A stretch of DNA of 64,000 nt from NCBI RefSeq assembly GCF_039541115.1, contig NZ_BAABFP010000004.1, forward strand, positions 248,001 through 312,000. Reading direction: 5' to 3'. Source of the DNA: Angustibacter luteus (GTDB lineage: Bacteria > Actinomycetota > Actinomycetes > Actinomycetales > Angustibacteraceae). Below the pieces are notes generated by a model, which did not search any database, was not told where the DNA came from, and worked only from the letters and a program-made list of their open reading frames with translations. Within the stretch, counting starts at the first letter, position 1; every line of letters starts with the position of its first letter. Position numbers and translations under genes: made by a program. Below, piece by piece: positions 1 to 7,238 of the stretch.

Positions 1-422
1 ACCGTCTGCGCCTGGTACAGGTCGTTCGACGAAACGTGGGCGGAGGAATTGTTCGCCTTGCGGGTGACGTACGTGTCAGGGTCGAAGTCGACGAGGATCG
101 TGACAGGTCCGTAGTGGTAGATCCCGACGAACCGCACGGTCAATCCGTCCTCTTCTGCTCGGCTGTAGACGTCCAGCCAGGTCTTCGGGATCTGGATCCG
201 CTTTTTGTACGCCGGCCAGGGAACGCCCAGGTAGGTGACCTGCTTGCTCAGGATGATTTGACCCTCGATGGACACGACCCAGACACCGGCGTACTTCTGG
301 AGCGTCGCGCTAGGTAGCGCCGCGAGCAGGAGCTCGGCTCGACCGCGGCTGGAGAGGGTGGTGTCGACATCCTGAAGCAGGGCGCCACTCGGCCCGATCT
401 GATCGACAACGACGTTTCCCAC
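1..422 (-). CDS. Hypothetical protein running off the window start; candidate restriction endonuclease partner of the adjacent C5 methyltransferase
   Basis: Hand translation of the minus strand from GTG at 422 has no stop down to position 3 (VGNVVVDQIGPSG...KQVTYLGVPWPAYKKRIQIPKTWLDVY...FVGIYHYG...NNSSAHVSSNDLYQAQT). Globular composition; same strand and directly downstream of dcm. Function inferred from context only. Confidence 0.6.
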   Translation of the reverse strand, partial: MGNVVVDQIGPSGALLQDVDTTLSSRGRAELLLAALPSATLQKYAGVWVVSIEGQIILSKQVTYLGVPWPAYKKRIQIPKTWLDVYSRAEEDGLTVRFVGIYHYGPVTILVDFDPDTYVTRKANNSSAHVSSNDLYQAQT

Positions 423-553
423 GCCACCATTGGTATCAGCCGGTGTCCCTAGGGTCGAGCGAGCGCAATGCCCTAGCCCATTCGGCGGATGGGGCCCAAA
501 GGGCGCGTCTTGGCTGGCAGCCTCAGGGCACGGCTGCTCTGGGTGGGAGGGGC

Positions 554-1963
554 TTAGCCAACTGCCGCCTCCGGTGCGACAGCCCTGGCCTCGTGAGCTT
601 TCGCGCCGTCGGCCAACGCATCGCCTGTCGGATTGAGAGGCGATGCGAGGACGGCGCGCACAAGGCGACGGGGCAAGTCGGACGCATCGCGCTCAACGTG
701 TGTGCGGAAGACATGCCAGGCCGCCCCCACTGCGACACCATTACCTACCTGCTTGTACGACGCGGAATCCCGTTGGCCAGCGAAGGAGAGGCTTCGACTG
801 AAACCCTGCAGGCGCGCGGCCTCGTGAGGAGTGAGCCGGCGGCGGCGGCTGCCCATGACCGAGGTTTGCGTAATGGCCACGAGAGCGGGAAGGTACGTGG
901 GCGCCTTTGCGCGGATCCCAGAGGGGCGGAAGTGCATGACCGTTTCCCAGAGCGAGGCGGTGTCCTGGGCCTGCCACTCGAGCTTGCGACGGGAATCTGG
1001 GAACGAGGCGAAGGTGGGGTTCGCATGCTTCCATTCGCGGATCACGTCTCGGTGGTCGTCGTAGAAGCGGGCGTTCTTGATCAAGATCTGGGACTTCCAC
1101 CGGGGCAGTGCTTCCAACTCGAGCGGATCTAGGCCACGCTCCGGAATCCAAGCGTCGGCCCACAGGGGGAAGCCGGGGAGGCGGACGCCGCGGGCTGTCC
1201 ACATTCTCTGGACAAGGTCATCCCAGACGTTCACCCAAGCAGTCTCGTCAGCCGTGAGCTGGTACTTCTGGATGTTGTCGATATCGACGTCGTCATCCAG
1301 GATCCACTCGGCGTTCCAGTCCGCCGCGTTCCACCCATCGACAGGGCCGCGGACCACGGTCGGCGGAACGTCGACCTCCGCCAGCGCCCGTTGGGGGCCA
1401 ACGTAGGTGCCCAGGATGAAGACGCGGTCCCGGACTTGCGGTGTTCCTCCAAGAGAGGGGGGGAGAAAGTGCGGCGAGAACACAGACGGGGTCGACGACA
1501 CGCGGTAGCCGATCTCTCGCAACGTCTGGATGATCACGTCCCATTCGTGCGTGTGACGGGGACCCGCGATGTTCCGCACGTTCTCGAGCAGCACAACCGC
1601 CGGCGTTCGGTCCTCGAGTATGCGGGCGATGTTCCAGAAGAGCGTTCCTCGCGCCTCGTCCATACCACGCTGGCGCCCGGACTTCGAGAACGGCTGGCAC
1701 GGAAAGCCGGCCGCGAGCACGTCATGGGGCGGAACGTCGACCGGGCCGTCATCGGGAGTCGCCATGGTGATGTCGGTGTTGACGATGGGGCGCCTGGACG
1801 CCGGCAGCGGGTCCACCCAGTTGCGTAAGTAGGTCTGGCGCGCCTCGCGGTCGATCTCCGAGACGTAGACGCAGCGTCCGCCGGCGTGGTCGAGCATGGC
1901 GTGGAAGCCGCCGATGCCTGCGAAGAGATCTGCGTACTTGAACGCTGCAGAGTCCTTCGCCAT
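554..1963 (-). CDS. dcm: DNA (cytosine-5)-methyltransferase
   Basis: Motifs FAGIGG (I), GFPCQPFS (IV, catalytic Cys), ENV (VI), QVRDRVFI (VIII), RRLTPHEAARLQGF (IX), YKQVGNGV (X). Start placed at ATG 1963, 7 nt after a TAAGCT -10-like hexamer. Confidence 0.95.
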   Translation of the reverse strand: MAKDSAAFKYADLFAGIGGFHAMLDHAGGRCVYVSEIDREARQTYLRNWVDPLPASRRPIVNTDITMATPDDGPVDVPPHDVLAAGFPCQPFSKSGRQRGMDEARGTLFWNIARILEDRTPAVVLLENVRNIAGPRHTHEWDVIIQTLREIGYRVSSTPSVFSPHFLPPSLGGTPQVRDRVFILGTYVGPQRALAEVDVPPTVVRGPVDGWNAADWNAEWILDDDVDIDNIQKYQLTADETAWVNVWDDLVQRMWTARGVRLPGFPLWADAWIPERGLDPLELEALPRWKSQILIKNARFYDDHRDVIREWKHANPTFASFPDSRRKLEWQAQDTASLWETVMHFRPSGIRAKAPTYLPALVAITQTSVMGSRRRRLTPHEAARLQGFSRSLSFAGQRDSASYKQVGNGVAVGAAWHVFRTHVERDASDLPRRLVRAVLASPLNPTGDALADGAKAHEARAVAPEAAVG

Positions 1964-2106
1964 GCCAGCAAGCTTAGCTGAACCGACAGCTAAGTCAAGC
2001 TCCCGCGCGGACTGATTGAAGTGGAGCGGCAGGGCATCGTTCATGGGGCAGGTTCCTCTGGTCGTGCGCATCCCACAGGGTCGACCCGATGCGCCAACGC
2101 GAAGCA

Positions 2107-2586
2107 TCACCTCGCAAGAGGTACTCCATCAAGAGGGTCCGACAGGCCGCCAAAGGCCGGGTCTGGGTCGGGCCTCCGCGGACTCAAGACCCTGTCGGCT
2201 ACGGCGCCCGGGTCCCGACGTACCTGGCACTCCCAAACCCTCAAGACGTGCCATCCGTGATGTTGTGCCAGTTGCGTGGACCGCCTGTCGCGTTCCGCGT
2301 TCCGCTCCATCTTTTGGGCCCAAAGCGCCGCGTTAGGTCCGGTCCATGGCGTCTTACGGCCGTGTTCGGGGCACCCGTGCCAGAAGCATCCGTCCACGAA
2401 TACGGCGACGCGGCGCGACGGCAGGACAAAGTCAGGGGTGCAGCCCTTCGCGATCTGTCGGTGAAGTCTGAACCGCCCGCCGGCTGCATGCACCGCCTGG
2501 CGCAGCAAGACCTCAGGAGCCGTGTTGACCTTGCGACGCCCAGCGAGGTGCGCGCCTGCCTCAGTGCTGACCCACCGCTCTGCCAC
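2107..2586 (-). CDS. vsr: Very short patch repair endonuclease
   Basis: NTAPEVLLR, PDFVLPSRRVAVFVDGCFWHGCPEH, GWHVLRVWEC motifs; adjacent to a C5 methyltransferase. Confidence 0.93.
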   Translation of the reverse strand: MAERWVSTEAGAHLAGRRKVNTAPEVLLRQAVHAAGGRFRLHRQIAKGCTPDFVLPSRRVAVFVDGCFWHGCPEHGRKTPWTGPNAALWAQKMERNAERDRRSTQLAQHHGWHVLRVWECQVRRDPGAVADRVLSPRRPDPDPAFGGLSDPLDGVPLAR

Positions 2587-2733
2587 CGTGCCAACTTACG
2601 TCGGTCGCACTCAGATTCGTACTTCGAGAGGGAAGCAGCCGCACTCCCTGAGTCCACGGCGCTTGACGCGATGAGGCGCTGGCGACCTACACGAGGGCGA
2701 GGCCCACGGGCCAGCGCTCGCTGAGGCAACACG

Positions 2734-3213
2734 CTAGAGGTCTACCTGGACCCGGCGGTCGATGCCGGTGCCGTGAACAGGGTCGCTGCCGCGCACGTGC
2801 ACGTCGTGCTGCACCACCCGCAGGCGGTACAGCCGAAGCTCGGCCGCGCCGGACAGCTCCTCGGGCGTGAACGGCTTCGCGGCGCCGCTGAGTTTCGCGA
2901 AGGCCCGCGCACAGGCAGACTCGAGCTCGTCGTCCGGCACCTGAGCGGCCGTCCCCGTCAGGTACACCGCACTGCCCTGGCCGACCTCCGCAGTGCTGTC
3001 GAACACCACCGCCGCGACGTCCGGACGAGCCGCGACGTTGTGCGAGTGGGCCGAGCCGGGCGACGAGACCCAGTAGACGTCGCGATAGCCGTCGTGCGTG
3101 AAGTACACCGGCGAGACACGTGGCTGACCGTCGTCCTCGGTCGTCCCCAACGTCAGGTACTGGTTGGTGTCCAGCACCTGACGCGCCTCCTCCGCTAGGT
3201 CGTCCGTGCTCAT
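2734..3213 (-). CDS. Pyridoxamine 5'-phosphate oxidase-like flavin-binding protein
   Basis: YLTLGT..DGQPRVSPVYF...YWVSSPGSAHSHNV..RPDVAAVVFDS split-barrel pattern. Confidence 0.8.
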   Translation of the reverse strand: MSTDDLAEEARQVLDTNQYLTLGTTEDDGQPRVSPVYFTHDGYRDVYWVSSPGSAHSHNVAARPDVAAVVFDSTAEVGQGSAVYLTGTAAQVPDDELESACARAFAKLSGAAKPFTPEELSGAAELRLYRLRVVQHDVHVRGSDPVHGTGIDRRVQVDL

Positions 3214-3322
3214 GGGTCCACTGTCCACAGTCGAGGTGTGGAAGCGCTCACCCAGGACGGGTGAAGCGGCTGTCTCACCTCCGCCTCCAAGATCGCGTCA
3301 GGGCCACGGGTCGGGAGACGTC

Positions 3323-3691
3323 ATGATCACAGTCATCGAGCGGATGCCAGTCGGCACGATCGGTCTGAAGGCCAGCGGCAAGGTCACCGAGGACGACTAC
3401 CGCGACGTCCTCGTGCCGGCGGTCACGCTCGCCCGCCAGCAGGGCAAGGTCCGGCTGCTCTACGTGCTCAAGGACGGCTTCGACTCGTTCTCCGCCGGCG
3501 CGATGTGGGCCGACGCCAAGGTCTGGGCGAAGAACATGGACGGCTTCGAGCGGATCGCCCTGGTCGCCGACGCCGACTGGCTCGAGCACGCAGCCAAGGC
3601 CGTGAACCTGGTGGTGTCGGGCGAGATCAAGGTCTTCGAGTCCGACGACGTGCGCGACGCCAAGATCTGGCTCGTCGGCATCGACGACTGA
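3323..3691 (+). CDS. SpoIIAA-like (STAS/SEC14) protein
   Basis: GKVTEDDY...VRLLY...GAMWADAK...FERIALV..ADW...EIKVF...AKIWL pattern; GGGAGA RBS before ATG 3323. Confidence 0.8.
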   Translation: MITVIERMPVGTIGLKASGKVTEDDYRDVLVPAVTLARQQGKVRLLYVLKDGFDSFSAGAMWADAKVWAKNMDGFERIALVADADWLEHAAKAVNLVVSGEIKVFESDDVRDAKIWLVGIDD

Positions 3692-3705
3692 GGGATACCA
3701 ACGCC

Positions 3706-4626
3706 ATGGCCCGTCACGAGCTCCGCATCCGACTGAACCGCTCCACGCTCGCCATGGCTGCGGTCGCCGCGGTGGCGGGAACAGCGCTGCTGGCATCCTG
3801 CAGCACGGATGACGGTGCGCGCCCCGGCCTCAGCCCCACCCGCTCCGTGTCAGCCAGCATCACCGCCACCGTTCCGACACCGACGGTCACGCTGCCGACG
3901 CGCACCACGACGGCCGAGCCCTCTAGCTCAACGACGTCCAGCACGGAGCCCACCAGCGAGCCCACCAGCGAGACCACGACAACCACGTCCGAACCCGAGA
4001 CCTCGACCTCCACGACGACGACCACCAGCACGACGTCCACGACAACTACCACGACGACGGAACCAGAGACGCCCAGCGAGACCACCACCACGACCACGGT
4101 CACCGAGACACCCACCGAGTCGGCTACGTCGAGCCCGACCACCTCCAACCCGGACGCCGCCCCGATCGCGGAGGACTCGCTACCCGTCGGAGTGTGGTGG
4201 CTGATCGCGGCCTTGCTGCTCGCGGCGCTGGCTATCGGCATCCCGCTGCTGATCCGGAGTCGCCGTCGCGCCGACTGGCTGGCTGAGCTGGACACCGCTG
4301 AGGCTGAGGCGATCTGGTTCGCTCGAGCGCTGATCCCGGAGCTCAAGGCCGCGGGCAGCCATGAGCGCGCGGCCGGAGCCTGGGGCGTCTCGTCGGCCAG
4401 GGTCGTCGCCACCGAGGACGCGCTGACCGGTCTGGAAGCCTCCGCACCGGACGACGAGTCCCGCATTCGAGCCACGACGTTGCGCGACGCCGTCCGCAGT
4501 GGGCGCGGGCAGGTCGAGCAGCTGGTCCGGGTGGGCGCCGACGCGACCCTCGGGTTCGGGCTGGAGGACGTCGCCGTCGAGCTCGAACGGGTCTTGCCGC
4601 CGGCGCCACCGCCCGGATCCCCGTAG
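3706..4626 (+). CDS. Putative lipoprotein with Thr/Ser-rich stalk, one TM helix and a C-terminal helical domain
   Basis: Signal peptide ending in lipobox LLASC, long T/S/P/E-rich region, hydrophobic VWWLIAALLLAALAIGIPLLI followed by RSRRR. Confidence 0.7.
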   Translation: MARHELRIRLNRSTLAMAAVAAVAGTALLASCSTDDGARPGLSPTRSVSASITATVPTPTVTLPTRTTTAEPSSSTTSSTEPTSEPTSETTTTTSEPETSTSTTTTTSTTSTTTTTTTEPETPSETTTTTTVTETPTESATSSPTTSNPDAAPIAEDSLPVGVWWLIAALLLAALAIGIPLLIRSRRRADWLAELDTAEAEAIWFARALIPELKAAGSHERAAGAWGVSSARVVATEDALTGLEASAPDDESRIRATTLRDAVRSGRGQVEQLVRVGADATLGFGLEDVAVELERVLPPAPPPGSP

Positions 4627-4817
4627 GCCGACCTACTCGGCCGAGCAGACCCCAAGTGGCCAGGTTTGCGCTCCGTTAGGGATATGTCCGATCCCCGGCG
4701 CGACGTCCCGACGCACGAGTACGCTGAGTGACGAAATCGCGATCACCCCCGGGCGTTCCGTCTGCTGTGTATCTGGCGTGCCCGTTCGGTGCTCCGATTC
4801 AGCGACAGGGGGTCGCC

Positions 4818-5273
4818 ATGACCGAAGCCACTTCGCCGCCCGCCGGCGGTGACGCCGACGTCCTGCTCCTGCACGTCCGGCCCGACACGCTGGAATGGGG
4901 AACCGAGGACGACGACCGCTGGCGGTCCGACCTCGCCGAGCTGCAGCACCTGTTGCGTCGCGAGCTGCGCGACGAGACGCAGGAGCCGCCGCCCGCCGCA
5001 GGCAACCGGGGCGCCGCGGAGATCAGCGACGTCATCGTCGCCCTGGGCAGTGCGGGAGCGATGACGGCGGCGGTCGAGGTCTTCAAGAGCTGGATCAACG
5101 CCCGACCGGGCCGGCGCCAGGTCACGGTCACCATCGAGGGTGCCGGCGTCGAGCAGCGCTCCGTCTGCGTCCAGGCCGACGGGCTCGGCGCGGCCGAGCT
5201 GCGCGACCTTGCCGCCCAGGCGCTAGGTAGCGGTCCGGGGACACCCCCGGCAGGCGAGGCAGAGGCGCGGTGA
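4818..5273 (+). CDS. EACC1-like (effector-associated constant component) small protein
   Basis: 151 aa; GNRGAAEISDVIVALGSAGAMTAAVEVFKSWINARPGRRQVTVTIEG matches my recollection of EACC1 (glycine-rich hydrophobic segment, W, then beta strand). Sits 4 nt upstream of a caspase gene. Confidence 0.7.
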   Translation: MTEATSPPAGGDADVLLLHVRPDTLEWGTEDDDRWRSDLAELQHLLRRELRDETQEPPPAAGNRGAAEISDVIVALGSAGAMTAAVEVFKSWINARPGRRQVTVTIEGAGVEQRSVCVQADGLGAAELRDLAAQALGSGPGTPPAGEAEAR

Positions 5274-5277
5274 GGAC

Positions 5278-7233
5278 GTGGGCTTCCGGGCACTGCTGAT
5301 CGGGAACTGGAAGTACGCGCACCCCGACGGAGGCATGGCAGAGCTCAGCGGCCCGCGCCACGACATCCAGGCCCTCCGGTCCGCCCTCGTCCACCCCACG
5401 TTCGGGCTGTTCAAGACCGAGGACGTCGTGGTCAAGGAGAACCTCACGGCCGACGGCCTGTCCGACGCCCTCGCGCTGGCCGCGGACCAGAGCACGCCGG
5501 ACGACGTCCTGCTCATCTACTACTCCGGGCACGGCGAGCGCCTCGGCGCCGAGCAGCAGCTGGGACTTCTCGGCGTCGACGTCCCGTACGAGCGGCGGAT
5601 GAACCGCGCCCTGCACACCCGGCTGCTCCGCGACTGGCTCGACGGCGCCCGCGCCAAGTCGACCATCCTCGTCCTGGACTGCTGCTACGCCGGTCAGTAC
5701 CGCGCCGACGAGCTCGTGGACGACGACCTGCTGGCGACGTTCGGCCGGGGCACCGTCGTGCTCTCCAGCGGTGGCAACCAGGTCGTCCCCGACGAGGGCG
5801 AGGCCGACGGTCCGAGCGCGTTCACCGCAGCGCTCGCCAAGGTGCTGGTCGACGAGAACCTGGTGGGTACCAACGGAGTTCTGACGGCCGAGGACGTGTA
5901 CGCCGCCCTGGACCGCTTCGAGCCGCGGCTCAAGCCGCGGCCGCACCGCAACCTCGCGGCCGAGGGACGGATCGGCCTGGCGATGCGGCCGCGACCGGAG
6001 CCCTCGGCCAGCCCGATGGTCCTGCGTGGGTGGCCGAAGAACCTGCGAGTGATCGACGTCGGCATCACCTTCGCCGGTGAGCTCGTGGTCGCGACGTGGG
6101 ACCGCGACGGCAACGGCCGGATCACCAACGACGAACGTGATGTCACGGCCCTGGACCCCACCCGGCTCGCTGCCATCCGTCGGCTCTGCCAGCTGGCGGA
6201 CGCGGTGATGCGCGCCAAGGACTACAGCGACCCGCCGTGGCAGAAGCGGGCTCGTCGCGCGCTGGAAACCGCTGGTGCCAACCTGTTCCAGGCCGCCCTG
6301 CCCACCCCGATCCAGAACCTGCTGCACCAGGCCGAGGACGAGGCCGACGTGGTCGTCCAGCTGAACCTCACGTTCGAGCCGCCGTGGACGAGCCTCGCGG
6401 AGTACCCCTGGGAGTTCATGCACGTGCCGTCCGACCAGGGTGTCGACCCCACCGGTCTGGCGCAGCGCAAGCTGGTCGTGACCCGCGCTGGTCGATCGAC
6501 CGACCGGCCGGGCCGGGACTCCGATATCGCGGACGTCGCGGTGGTGAGCAGCGTCGTGCACCCGTACACGCGGCTGTCCAGCCGCCTCGGTGCCGAGCTG
6601 GTGGCGATGCCGTCCGTTCGAACGCTCACGACCGCGGACGACGGCAGGCCGGCGGACTGGGCGGACCTGATGGACGCGGTCGACCAGAAGCCGGAGTACC
6701 TCGTGATCTGCGCTCCGCTGCTGCGCTCGACGCGCGATGGCATCCCTTCTGCCAAGCTCGGTTTCCGCGGCGCTCGCGAGACCGACTGGCGCACAGCGGA
6801 ATCGCTGGCCGACGAGCTGCGCAGCGCAGGTGGGCTCAGTGCCGTCGTGGTGGCGTCCGTCGCGGCCGAGACCGGACTCGACGCGATCCGCGCCGCGCCC
6901 AGTGCCGCCGCCGCACTCAACGCCGAGCTGGGCGTCCCAGTCGTGTTCATCTGCCACACGCCAGGCCTCGAGGGTTACGTCGATGACGCCGATCCGGAGG
7001 AACCGAAGACGTTCGTCGGTCTGCTGCTCGCGGCCCTCACGAGCGGTCACGACCCGGTCCGCAGCATGTGGTTCGCCCGGGACCGAGTGCTGCGCTACAT
7101 CCCGTCCCACCTGCAGCCGACGTTCGGCGTCCCTGGGGTGTTCTACGGCGCAGGGCAGCGTCGCCGTGCCGGCGGTGCCGGTGAGCGGCAGCCCGGTCGG
7201 CTGGGCAACCGGTCCAGTCCAGGGAAGGGCTGA
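5278..7233 (+). CDS. Caspase-like peptidase (C14) fused to a degenerate CHAT-like domain
   Basis: N-terminal RALLIG, YYSGHG (His85), VLDCCYAG (Cys136), SAFT. C-terminal half keeps CHAT landmarks (GANLFQ, LAEYPWEFM, AESLADEL, GVPVV, AALTSG...AR...PGVFY) but has no His-Gly or Ala-Cys catalytic motif. Confidence 0.85.
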   Translation: MGFRALLIGNWKYAHPDGGMAELSGPRHDIQALRSALVHPTFGLFKTEDVVVKENLTADGLSDALALAADQSTPDDVLLIYYSGHGERLGAEQQLGLLGVDVPYERRMNRALHTRLLRDWLDGARAKSTILVLDCCYAGQYRADELVDDDLLATFGRGTVVLSSGGNQVVPDEGEADGPSAFTAALAKVLVDENLVGTNGVLTAEDVYAALDRFEPRLKPRPHRNLAAEGRIGLAMRPRPEPSASPMVLRGWPKNLRVIDVGITFAGELVVATWDRDGNGRITNDERDVTALDPTRLAAIRRLCQLADAVMRAKDYSDPPWQKRARRALETAGANLFQAALPTPIQNLLHQAEDEADVVVQLNLTFEPPWTSLAEYPWEFMHVPSDQGVDPTGLAQRKLVVTRAGRSTDRPGRDSDIADVAVVSSVVHPYTRLSSRLGAELVAMPSVRTLTTADDGRPADWADLMDAVDQKPEYLVICAPLLRSTRDGIPSAKLGFRGARETDWRTAESLADELRSAGGLSAVVVASVAAETGLDAIRAAPSAAAALNAELGVPVVFICHTPGLEGYVDDADPEEPKTFVGLLLAALTSGHDPVRSMWFARDRVLRYIPSHLQPTFGVPGVFYGAGQRRRAGGAGERQPGRLGNRSSPGKG

Positions 7234-7238
7234 CGACC

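Noticed and set aside
554..2110. 518-aa version of the methyltransferase ORF
   Set aside because: The first 49 residues precede motif I and look non-conserved; ATG 1963 has a -10-like hexamer at leaderless spacing.
3221..3229. Single DnaA-box-like CTGTCCACA
   Set aside because: An isolated one-mismatch 9-mer that could arise by chance.
3900..4150. ACC/ACG-rich repeats, also 9975-10002, 16680-16730 and 20930-21045, as a possible CRISPR or repeat array
   Set aside because: They encode Thr/Ser/Pro-rich linkers inside genes; there is no constant repeat with unique spacers and no cas gene.
4170..4200. DSLPVG before the TM helix as a sortase signal
   Set aside because: Not LPxTG or LAxTG, and it is followed by a long cytoplasmic domain rather than a short basic tail.
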